Assembly: GCA_964187785.1 (NCBI GenBank)
Contig: OZ076409.1
Coordinates: forward strand, 73,844,001-73,908,000
DNA: 64,000 nt
Source of the DNA: Amphiscolops sp. MND2022
Taxonomy: Eukaryota
Direction of reading: 5' to 3'
The notes under the pieces were generated by a model. It was not told the DNA's origin. It worked only from the letters and a program-made list of their open reading frames with translations, and did no database searches. The position numbers and the translations under genes were made by a program. Shown here one piece after another: positions 1 through 10,900 of this stretch; the stretch's first letter is position 1, and each line of letters begins with the position of its first letter.

Positions 1-66
1 AACTATTTCACTACAACCACCCTACCACCCGGCCCCTCGTATCTTTGTTCAACCGTACACGTCTAG

Positions 67-3000
67 GTGCCCAAATCCATCGATTTACCTTCACTTTGAG
101 GGCGGGGTAGGGCCCCCGACAGGCTCCTCAGGCTTTAGACTGGCAACTTTAAGCCATTGTGCAAAATGAAAGCGATTTTCTAAACGGCCCATACGATTTG
201 GCTGAAATTTTGCATACGGCTTCCTCTAGCAATTCTAAGAACTAATCCCTACTGGCGTTTTGCCCGGAAAAATCAAAAAGTTGGTCAAAATCACTATTTT
301 AGGTGCCGAAAATGGCGTTTTTTCGAAAATTTTTTTTTCAAGAGCCCATATCTCGCTTCCAGGTGCTCGTAGCGGGTCGCATGTGGACGTTGATATTGCT
401 AGGCACTTCGTAAGGAGTCCGTATACAAATTTTCGTTCCGATCGGATAAAAATTGACTGAGTAATAGCCGCAAATCGGACGAATTTTTCCGGAAATTTTG
501 GTGCAACTAGTCTATCTCTGCCGTTTTTTGCCCAGATTTTTTTCCAGGACCTCTCCTAAAGACCTCCCCTGGCCGGTTTAGCCCCCAAAAAAACCATTTG
601 GCCCTTTTGCCGCAGTTTCAGCGTTCCAGGATTCCCCGGGTAAAAGTAAAATGTCTTAGAATTTTTTCGAAAAATTTTCAAAAATTTTTTTTTTCAACTT
701 CAGGCCTCCCAAAGTCATAGAACTTCCACACAACTAGTATTGCAAGTGAATGCATGTGGAAAGTGCTTGAATAGACGAGAAAAATGAGCTATTATAAACC
801 TCTGTAGCTTAACCTGACGTTGACTTAAGACAATTTTAGTGTGAGCTTCCTATGTGAGAAAAAATTTCAAAAATTGAAAATCGAAGCTAAGCCTCATCCA
901 AAACTCATCGGAATACGTTCAATCCATCCCAAAGCGGTTTGTTCCCAGTTGTAGAGTGCAGCAACACCATTCAAGGTCATTTGGCCCACTTTAATAGGTT
1001 TTGACTTTGTCTTATCCATCCGAAAATTCGAAACAGTTAAGTACATTCCATCTCCCCTCCGTGGGAGATGGTAATGTACTCGCAAAAAGCCAAGTACTAC
1101 CGCCCTATTCTACCCGTAGTGGTGCTAGAAATGCAGTAGCGTGAGCTCCAGGTTGTTTGCAGTAGCCTTTACGTATGTTGTGATTATGTATTACAATTCT
1201 AACTCTGTTACTAAACATTAAAAAATTGTTTCAATCCCAAATTTTTTTCAACCTTAGTATGTCACCAATAAAGATATATCCATCTTTCCTACTACAACCA
1301 CCCTACCACCCGGCCCCTCGTATCTTTGTTCAACCGTACACGTCTAGGTGCCCTAACCCATCGGTTTACCTTCATTTTGAGGGCGGGGTAGGGCCCCCGA
1401 CCGGCTCCTCAGGCTTTAGACTGACAACGTAAGGCGCTTTTCAGTTGTAGAGACGATCTCGAAAATGGCCCATACGATTTTGCTCAAATTTTGCATACGG
1501 CTTCCTCTAGCGATTCTAAGAACTTTTCCCTACTACCATTTTGCCCGGAAAAATCAAAAAGTGGGTCAAAATCTTAGTTTTTTGGTCGAAAAATGGCGTT
1601 TTTTCAGAAAATTTTTTTCAAGAGCCCATATCTCGCTCACAGGTGCTCGGAGCGGGTCGCATGTGGACGTTGATATTGCTAGGCACTTCGTTAGGAGTCC
1701 GTAGACAAATTTTGGTTCAGATCGGATAAAAATTGACAGAGTAATAGCCGCAAATCCGACGAATTTTTCAGAAAATTTTGGTACACCTAGTCTATCTCTG
1801 CCGTTTTTTGCCCAGATTTTTTTCCAGGACCTCTCCTAAAGGCCTCCCCTGGCCGGTTTACCTCCCAGAAAAACCATTTGGCCCTTTTGCCGCAGTTTCA
1901 GCGTTCCAGAATTCCCCGGGTAAAAAATAAATGACTTAGATTTTTTTCGAAAAATTTTCAAAAAATTTTTTTTCAACTTCAGGCCTCCCAAAGTCAAGAA
2001 ACTTCCACACAACTAGGATTGCAAGTGGATGCATGTGGAAAGTGCTTGAATAGACGAGAAAAATGAGCTATTATAAAACTCTGTAGCTTAACCTGACGTT
2101 GACTTAAGACAATTTTAGTGTGAGCTTCCTATGTGAGAAAAAATTTCAAAAATTGAAAATCGAAGCTAAGCCTCATCCAAAACTCATCGGAATACGTTCA
2201 ATCCATCCCAAAGCGGTTTGTTCCCAGTTGTAGAGTGCAGCAACACCATTCAAGGTCATTTGACCCACTTTAATAGGTTTTGACTTTGTCTTATCCATCC
2301 GAAAATTCGAAACAGTTAAGTACATTCCATCTCCCCTCCGTGGGAGATGGTAATGTACTCGCAAAAAGCCAAGTACTACCGCCCTATTCTACCCGTAGTG
2401 GTGCTAGAAATGCAGTAGCGTGAGCTCCAGGTTGTTTGCAGTAGCCTTTACGTATGTTGTGATTATGTATTACAATTCTAACTCTGTTACTAAACATTAA
2501 AAAATTGTTTCAATCCCAAATTTTTTTCAACCTTAGTATGTCACCAATAAAGATATATCCATCTTTCCTACTACAACCACCCTACCACCCGGCCCCTCGT
2601 ATCTTTGTTCAACCGTACACGTCTAGGTGGTCGGGAATCTTTCCTACCTCATGCTTTGAGGGCGGGGTAGGGCCCCTGCCCGATCCTAATCCTTAGGATT
2701 TTAAACATAAGGCGAAAAGACCAAATGAAAGCGATCTCGAAAACTAACCTTACGATTTGGCTAAAATTTTGCATGCGGCTCCCTATGACAGATATAAGAA
2801 CAAATCCCTAGTGGCATTTTGCTGGGAAAATTCAGTTTTTGGGTCAAAATCACTATTTTATGTCCAAAAAATGGCGTTTTTTCGGAAAATTTTTTTTCAA
2901 GAGCCCATATCTCGCTCCCAGGTGTTCGGAGCGGGTCGCATGTGGACGTCGATATTGCTAGGCACTTCGTAAGGAGTCCGTAGACAAATTTTCGTACAGA

Positions 3001-3892
3001 TCGGATGAAAATTGACTTAGTAATAAAAAACTTTGATTTGCATTTTTTCGAAAATTTATGAAATCCCAGTGTATCTCTGCCGTTTTGTGCCCAGATTTTT
3101 TTCCAGGACCTCTCCTAAAGGCCTCCCCTGGCCGGTTTACCTCCCAGAAAAACCATTTGGCCCTTTTGCCGCAGTTTCAGCAATCCAGGATTCCCCGGGT
3201 AAAAGTAAAATGACTTAGAATTTTTTCGAAAAATTTTCAAAAATTTTTTTTTTAACTTTAGGCCTCCCAAAGTCAAGAAACGTCCACACAACTAGTATTG
3301 CAAGTGGATGCATGTGGAAAGTGCTCGAATAGACGAGAAAAATGAGCTAGTATAAACCTCTGTAGGTCAACCTGACGTTGACTTATGACAATTTTAGTGT
3401 GAGCTTGCTATGTGAGAAAAAATATCGAAAAATAAAATCGAAGCTAAGCCTCATCCAAATCTCATCGGAATACGTTCAATCTATCCCAAAGTGGTTTATT
3501 TCCAGTTGTCTAGTGCAGCACCACCATTCAAAGTCCTTTTTGACTAATTTATATAAGTTTTGACATCGTCTTATCCATTCGAAAGTTGAAGCAGTTAAGT
3601 ACATTCCATCTCCCCTCCGTGGGAGATGGTAATGTACGCGCAAAAAGCCAAGTACTATTGCCCTTTTTCTACATGGAGTGGACCTAGAAATGCATTAGCG
3701 TGAGCTCCACGCTGCTTGCAGTAGCCCTTACAGGTGTTGTACCTTTGTTACAAAACTAACTGTTACTAATCATAAAAAAAAATGTTACAATCGAAAAATT
3801 ATTTTCATTAATTATATTTACACGTTTTGTTGTCAATTACAATAACTACAGCTACCGCCTCCTGGTTTGATTGTTCAACCGTGCACGTCTAG
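67..3892 (+). mobile_element. Three non-autonomous family-A units (67-1347, 1348-2626, 2627-3892; 1281/1279/1266 bp), preceded by the 3' end of another unit (1-66)
   Basis: The units are highly similar to each other. The 5' ~780 bp and the terminal gttcaaccgtNcacgtCTAG are shared with the autonomous elements. They carry the cgatttggctgaaattttgcat and aaattttcgtNcagatcggat motifs reminiscent of Helentron-associated non-autonomous elements. No credible ORF. Confidence 0.85.
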
Positions 3893-4783
3893 GTGCCAAA
3901 ACCCAATGGTTTGCCAAAGTTTCGAGGGCGGGGTAGGGCCCCCAGCCCGAGTCAAAAGTCGAAGACTAACAACGTAAGGCCAATACTAAAACCTCCTATC
4001 GATCTTGGAAACGGCCCGTCAGATTTGGCTCAAATTTTGCATGCGGCTTCCCCTAGCGATTCTAAGAACTTTTCCCTACTGCCATTTTGCCCGGAAAATT
4101 TTTTTTGTTGACTTATACACTATTTTAGGTGCCGAAAATGGCGTTTTTTTGGAAAAAATTTTTTTAAGAGCCAATATCTCGTTCCACAGGCCCCGGATCA
4201 AAAAGTGTACAATTGTTCGCACGTTAGGCACTTCATGAACTGTCCGTAGACAAATTTTCGTCCAGATCGGATTAAAATTGACTGAGTAATAGAAAACTTT
4301 GAAAGTGATTTTGACGACATTTTTCGAAAACCTAGTCTATCTCTGCCGTTTTTTGCCCAGATTTTTTTCCAGGACCTCTCCTAAAGACCTCCCCTGGCCG
4401 GTTTACCTCCCAGAAAAACCATTTGGCCCTTTTGCCGCAGTTTCAGCGTTCCAGGATTCCTCGGGTAAAAGATAAATGACTTAGAATTTTTCAAAAAAAA
4501 TTCAAAAAAAAAAATTTTTTTCTTCAAACCTTCCAAAGTCAAGAAACGTCCACAAAACTAGTATTGCAAGTGAATGCATGTGGAAAGTGCTCGAATAGAC
4601 GAGAAAAATGAGCTATTATAAACCTCTGTAGCTCAACCTGACGTTGACTTATGACAATTTGAGTATAGGTAGGTTTTAAATTAGTGGTGTTCCTAACTAA
4701 TTTTTTTCTTTTTTTCCAGGTGTCGGAGATGGCTTTTTCTGCATACAGGTAGTATTTGGTAACAGGTTACGTCCGGTAAGTAT

Positions 4784-5780
4784 CTTATGGGTTGACCAGA
4801 CGCCCCAGTAGGTCTGGCACGCTTTTCGGCACCGCGTTTCCTGAAGCCGCTGAGATAGGTAGGTTGTTTTTTGTAAAAAATCCACTCGAAAAATTTTCCT
4901 TATGGGTTGACCAGACGCCCCAGTAGGTCTGGCACGCTTTTCGGCACCGCGTTTCCTGAAGCCGCTGAGATAGGTAGGTTGTTTTTTGTAAAAATCCACT
5001 CGAAAAATTTTCCTTATGGGTTGACCAGACGCCCCAGTAGGTCTGGCACGCTTTTCGGCACCGCGTTTCCTGAAGCCGCTGAGATAGGTAGGTTGTTTTT
5101 TGTAAAAATCCACTCGAAAAATTTTCCTTATGGGTTGACCAGACGCCCCAGTAGGTCTGGCACGCTTTTCGGCACCGCGTTTCCTGAAGCCGCTGAGATA
5201 GGTAGGTTGTTTTTTGTAAAAAATCCACTCGAAAAATTTTCCTTATGGGTTGACCAGACGCCCCAGTAGGTCTGGCACGCTTTTCGGCACCGCGTTTCCT
5301 GAAGCCGCTGAGATAGGTAGGTTGTTTTTTGTAAAAATCCACTCGAAAAATTTTCCTTATGGGTTGACCAGACGCCCCAGTAGGTCTGGCACGCTTTTCG
5401 GCACCGCGTTTCCTGAAGCCGCTGAGATAGGTAGGTTGTTTTTTGTAAAAATCCACTCGAAAAATTTTCCTTATGGGTTGACCAGACGCCCCAGTAGGTC
5501 TGGCACGCTTTTCGGCACCGCGTTTCCTGAAGCCGCTGAGATAGGTAGGTTGTTTTTTGTAAAAAAATCCACTCGAAAAATTTTCCTTATGGGTTGACCA
5601 GACGCCCCAGTAGGTCTGGCACGCTTTTCGGCACCGCGTTTCCTGAAGCCGCTGAGATAGGTAGGTTGTTTTTTGTAAAAATCCACTCGAAAAATTTTCC
5701 TTATGGGTTGACCAGACGCCCCAGTAGGTCTGGCACGCTTTTCGGCACCGCGTTTCCTGAAGCCGCTGAGATAGGTAAGT
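4784..5780 (+). repeat. 114-116 bp tandem repeat, ~8.7 near-identical copies
   Basis: Unit tatgggttgaccagacgccccagtaggtctggcac...aaattttcct starts at ~4786, 4901, 5015, 5129, 5244, 5358, 5472, 5588 and 5702. Copies differ mainly in A-tract length. Confidence 0.95.
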
Positions 5781-6449
5781 TTAAACTCCTTTAATACTCT
5801 GCGTTCGAATCTGGGTTTCTAAGACTTATTTTTTTGTCCTACGTTTTTTCGGATTAGGTTTCATAGGCTTACTTTCTTAGGTTTTTTAGGATTAGGTTTC
5901 ATAGGCTTACTTTCTTAGGTTTTTTAGGATTAGGTTACTTAGGCTCAGGTGTAGGTTTTAAACTGATATTAAGTTATCATGTACTTTGTTTTTAACAGGG
6001 ACAGCAACAACGAAGAAAAAGAAACTAGTAGAGTGACGCGGTATTTTTTACAGTTGAATAATTTATTATTTATTTTTCATTCATTGAATATTTTAGTTCA
6101 TTGTTTCATCTATTGAAATCTTTATTCCTCTTAATTGAAACCTTTAAATCATAATACTTCATTTTCGACTTCATATTTGTTTTTGGTTTCAAATATATAT
6201 ATTTTTTACTTTTATGAGAAATTTCTGGACTTCTTCGATTGGAAATTTTCTTGTCTTTCTTCGTCAAAAAATACACTTCAATTATTTTTTAATGCAATTT
6301 CTATCTTTTTCTGTTTGAAAAAGTGTTACAGGATTGTCGCAATTCATGATCATACCATTGCGAGCGGAGGTCTACCGATACAAGGGTGGCCAAATGCTCC
6401 GAAATTCTCTGTACTGGTTCAGTTTCTACATTTTTTCAGAGCTCAGAAA

Positions 6450-7013
6450 ATGACTGCAACCACACTATTTGTCAATGGTCTTAAGTTCAAAGCCATTGTT
6501 AAGGAATCCACTAGGAACTCAGTATTGTTATTCGGTGATTCGTTGGTCAAAGAGTTGGATATGCAGGAAATGGACAAAGTTTGCTTGTCTGGAGGCCGGT
6601 GTGCAGACCTAAGAACGATAATACAATCCTCGTATTTTTCAAGATATCGAGTTGTGATCTTAATGTTCGGCGGCAACGATTTGCAAGGACGATTCAAAGG
6701 AAATGTGTTTCGAAAAAGCCTGTCTCCTCAGGAAATAGCCCAGAATCTATTGGAAATTTCTTTCTATCTGTCAAATAGAAACGTTGATGTCTATGTTATG
6801 GGTATACCTTATCGGGGCAATCAGACCTTCCTGAAAATAAAAGAACTGAATTCCCTACTGTTTGCCAGCACAGGAATTTGCTACGAGTTTGTTGGTCTTG
6901 GGGGTCAGCTCTCAAAAGCCTCTGTAATTAGTGGAGACAAAGTTCACCTAAGTGACGAAGGAATTAGCCGTTTGAAATCAATTTTCAAAAACAAAATCCT
7001 CAAATATTTATGA
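6450..7013 (+). CDS. SGNH/GDSL hydrolase-like protein (~187 aa; probable start MTATTLF at 6450)
   Basis: Block I LLFGDS, block II SGG, block III MFGGND, block V GDKVHL (DxxH). The ATG follows a ttttttcag acceptor-like site. The upstream part of the 6135 ORF is AT-rich and probably non-coding. Confidence 0.8.
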   Translation: MTATTLFVNGLKFKAIVKESTRNSVLLFGDSLVKELDMQEMDKVCLSGGRCADLRTIIQSSYFSRYRVVILMFGGNDLQGRFKGNVFRKSLSPQEIAQNLLEISFYLSNRNVDVYVMGIPYRGNQTFLKIKELNSLLFASTGICYEFVGLGGQLSKASVISGDKVHLSDEGISRLKSIFKNKILKYL

Positions 7014-7211
7014 GCAATTACTTTGAAAATGTCAAATTGAACGTTCACGTGATTGATTTTGCTTTTTATTGATTTCTTTTACATGTTTGATTGGATTGCT
7101 TGTTTTAAAAAGCTGTTTGGCCTTGTATGCCTCTTTGCATTTGAGTTTAATTGAACTGTTTCTTTTTTTGTTCTTTTTATTTTTTTTAATCGTTACATCG
7201 TCTTTCATTTT

Positions 7212-7693
7212 CATCACTGATCGACGGAAAGCGTGGTCAGTGATTAGGATTTTTAAACAATTTAAGGTAGAAGTGTCATCACTGATCGAAGAAAAGCGTG
7301 GTCAGTGTTTTGGATTTTTAAACAATTTAAGGTAGAAGTGTCATCACTGATCGACGAAAAGCGTGGTCAGTGTTTTGGATTTTTAAACAATTAAAGGTAG
7401 AAGTGTCATCACTGATCGACGAAAAGCGTGGTCAGTGGTTAGGATTTTTAAACAATTTAAGGTAGAAGTGTCATCACTGATCGACGAAAAGCGTGGTCAG
7501 TGGTTAGGATTTTTAAACAATTTAAGGTAGAAGTGTCATCACTGATCGACGGAAAGCGTGGTCAGTGTTTAGGATTTTTAAACAAATTAAGGTAGAAGTG
7601 TCATCACTGATCGACGAAAAGCGTGGTCAGTGTTTAGGATTTTTAAACAAATTAGGGTAGAAGTGTCATCAGTTGTCGACGTGAAACGTGGTT
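7212..7693 (+). repeat. 65-bp tandem repeat (~7.5 copies), each carrying the ATCGACG-N4-GCGTGGT hairpin
   Basis: Unit catcactgatcgacgaaaagcgtggtcagtg...aaggtagaagtgt at 7212, 7277, 7342, 7407, 7472, 7537, 7602 and a degenerate copy at 7667. Confidence 0.93.
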
Positions 7694-7941
7694 CTACATA
7701 CAGGTAATATTTGGTAGTAGGTAAAACAGGTAATCCTCGGTAAATATGCGGGCAAAGGTGAAAATAAAGTGCAACCGTGTTTCCAGTAGTACGCAATCTT
7801 TGTTATGTGTCAAAAATGGTGACTTTTTCTGATGATGTCTAACAGGATCAGCGTTTTTCCAGATTTGATTTGAATTGCTTTGATCTGCTTTGCCAACATT
7901 AACTTGTTTTGCTTGGCTATCAAAGAGGCTAAAAGTCCCCA

Positions 7942-10900
7942 ATGCCTCGTGGTAGAGGGAGAGGAAGGAGTAGAAGCAACCAGAGAAGATGTACTGTACA
8001 TAACACTTTTCTTGGAAGCGATGGTATGTGTGTAAGGTGCCATGAGCAATCGCAGCAACATGATGAAGCAGGAGGTTCAGCTATGAACGATACGAATTCC
8101 CCTTTCCCCCCAGATGCCCCCAATGATGTAGAGACGACAGGTGTGGAGAGAGTAGACGTAGAGATGTGTGCGAAGTGTGCCAGGATTAGTACTAACAATT
8201 ATCAACTTGACTTCCACCTTGTACAAAAAGACTCGATTCACTCGACTATGTTTGGTAAAAATGTGCATGAAACCCAAGAGGAGACGATCAGAATGTGCCA
8301 ACAGTGTGTAAACTACGACAGAAACACCAGTCGACACAAAGATTGGCCCAACGCGTGGCCCAGCGTATTGTATACTTTACTTTTCGATACTCATAGGTTT
8401 AGTTCAAATGCAGAGAAACTTTACAAAATACTTCCACATGAAATCAAAGACTCCTACAAACAACACATGTATACTGTTCATCCATCAATAGTTAGAACTG
8501 TTAACGAATCTGTTTTGAGGGACATAACAAAGGAAAAAGAAGACTTTTGGACTTTAATAAACAGTCGAACTGCGAAAAACTTAGTCAATGCTCTAACTAA
8601 ACACTGTTTTCCTAACATAAGATGCCCAGCAGGTTGTTTCGAATTCGTCGAGAAATCGCAAGGAATTTCGTTCGCACATTTTCTAAACTGGATTTACCCT
8701 CTCTTCACTAGTTTCAATGCCAACAGTAGAAAATTTTTGAAGGGAGCTCGTGAGGATTTCATGAAACGTATAACTTTGTTGGAAAAATTCAATGTTGCAC
8801 CTTGTATCATGGTTAACGAAAAAGGTTTACAGTTAGCTACTTGTTGTGATCATAAAAACGGTGTCCTACTAAACTACGTACATGTACCAACCAATCCAGT
8901 GGCAGGTAACATCAGCCCAAAATTCGTCGACAGGTTAGCTCCAATGGTATCAAGCGTTCGAACTGTAAGACCCCTCAAAATTGGCTCTAAAAGTGCAACG
9001 TTCACCATGTGTCGGGTTGACAGTGGACGCATAAGTGGTGTCAGTTCCACTGTTCTTCACAAATTCAGAAATTTTGAATGTCCTTTAAATTACTTACGTC
9101 TAAACATGGAGAAACTTCTGATTAATTGTCGTGATGATATTAGGTTAATTATCAGGGTTTGCTGTCAAAATCAAGAAATAACTTCAAATTTTGCTACAGA
9201 GCTACTCGAATTAGATTTACCTACTTCTACGGCCTTAGTTGAAGAACACTGTAAAAATTCTACTGTTTTCAATATGAACACTTTAATGCGGATGAAGGAC
9301 TTTGTAGAAACTTGTACCGATGACATTTTAAGTCGTGACAGCTTTAAAAAACCGTCGATCTATGGACATAAAATGGACGGCTACGGTTTCGAGCCTCCTA
9401 GCTTACCTAAAACTTTTTCACAAGACCGCCGTTTGTTCACCTTCGCTTATTGCCTCTTGTATAACGATTCCATTTGGTCCAAGCTCTGTAGTTGTTCAGG
9501 AGAGTCAGATCAGCTAGTTGAACTTTGTAAACTTTTGAATTGCTTGAGAGGAAACAGAAGCTTACAGTATAATAACACTATCAATTCAGTAATGACTAAT
9601 TTGCGCAGGATCTTAAATGAACTGTTTCCCTCTCAATTAGAACCGTTGACGTCTTTATGTGATTCACTAGAAGGTTGTCAAGTTTTACATTGTCCAAGAG
9701 GATCAGTTGAAAATGTTGTAATTGATTGCTCGCGCAATGATGTGGTGCTAGTTGTTGCGAACGAAGCCCCAGCTAGAGATCGTCAAATTCCCTTCAATTT
9801 AACATCACTCAATGGTAAAGATTTTCAATTAAACTTCATTTCAGCAGACGGTAAGGTAAGTTTGAGACACGGAGATCCGTTCTTCAATTTTTGGACTATA
9901 GTAAACGACGGAAGCCGAGCAGTGAAGGACCCAACTTTAGAATACCAGTACAATAGGATTTGGAAATTTTTAGTCTACGTTTCAAATACCGATTTGAATG
10001 AGGAAACTAAGCTACGGTACTTAAAATACATGGGAGGTCAAGGGGTTTTTTTCTGCCGTGAACATAACCTGCCTTTATCGACGGATTACTTTAAAAGCGG
10101 AAGAAAATGTTGTATGCCTAAAAATTCGACTGATCACCTAATCTGTACTAGAAAATCTGCTTGGCGTTGCCCAAAGAAAGGTTGTGTTGCGTCGGTTTGT
10201 AAAACTCATTTTCGCGAGTTTTGTGACACAAACGATAAGGTTTTGGTCGACAACGCCCAATCAGATGACGCCATCTTGGATAGCAGTGACGATGAGCCAA
10301 CTTTTGAAGAAGCAACACAGCAGCCCGAAGACAACTTGCCAGGGCCCAGCTTCGTGCTGGATGAACAACAAAGAATTGACAATCCAGAAGCCAACATGGA
10401 TGAGTTCGATTGCCCACAATTAATTGTGGATGCAGGGTTCCAAGAAACTGATGCTTTTGCCACGGACGCTGGCTGTGAGCCCGTTTACTTGTCCGAGGAT
10501 TCTAATTTCGTTCCCATGCATGTACTTTTGAATGGTGAATGCCAAGTGCTAAAACGTTTAAAGTATCCAGCTCATATTGGTAAAAAATTTCAGCGTTTCT
10601 TTCAAAATTTCGTTTCAACTCTACCGGGCCGTTCAATACCACTTCTGCAACCGGAGGGATGTTTGTTCCCGAGCATTTTCTATAAACAGTTGGAAGACGG
10701 TTCGTTTGCCGGGGCTCTGCCATTTTTCTTGTACGATGACAAAAATGCTAACTCTAAATTAGATTTCGATGGTTTGCATGAACACATGCGTTTAAGACTT
10801 AAGGACGGTACGCTTTTAACTTCTTCGAATTTGGCCTATATAATGTATGCTTTCGACTGTGTTTTAAATTTGTCACTCGTAAAATGTCACACAAATCAAT

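Noticed and set aside
260..4238. Short ORFs recurring in family-A and other non-autonomous units
   Set aside because: Frames and stops are not conserved between copies and there are no protein motifs; they are repeat artefacts.
4697..5794. ORFs of 66-223 aa with 38-aa periodicity
   Set aside because: They arise from the 114-bp repeat and are frameshifted by A-tract length variation.
6135..6449. N-terminal 105 aa of the 292-aa ORF
   Set aside because: Non-ATG start and F/I/L-rich AT sequence; the homolog at 62130 begins at the equivalent of Met 6450.
7212..7693. CRISPR-like appearance of the hairpin-containing 65-bp repeats
   Set aside because: The intervening sequences are near-identical rather than unique spacers, there are no cas genes, and the context is eukaryotic.
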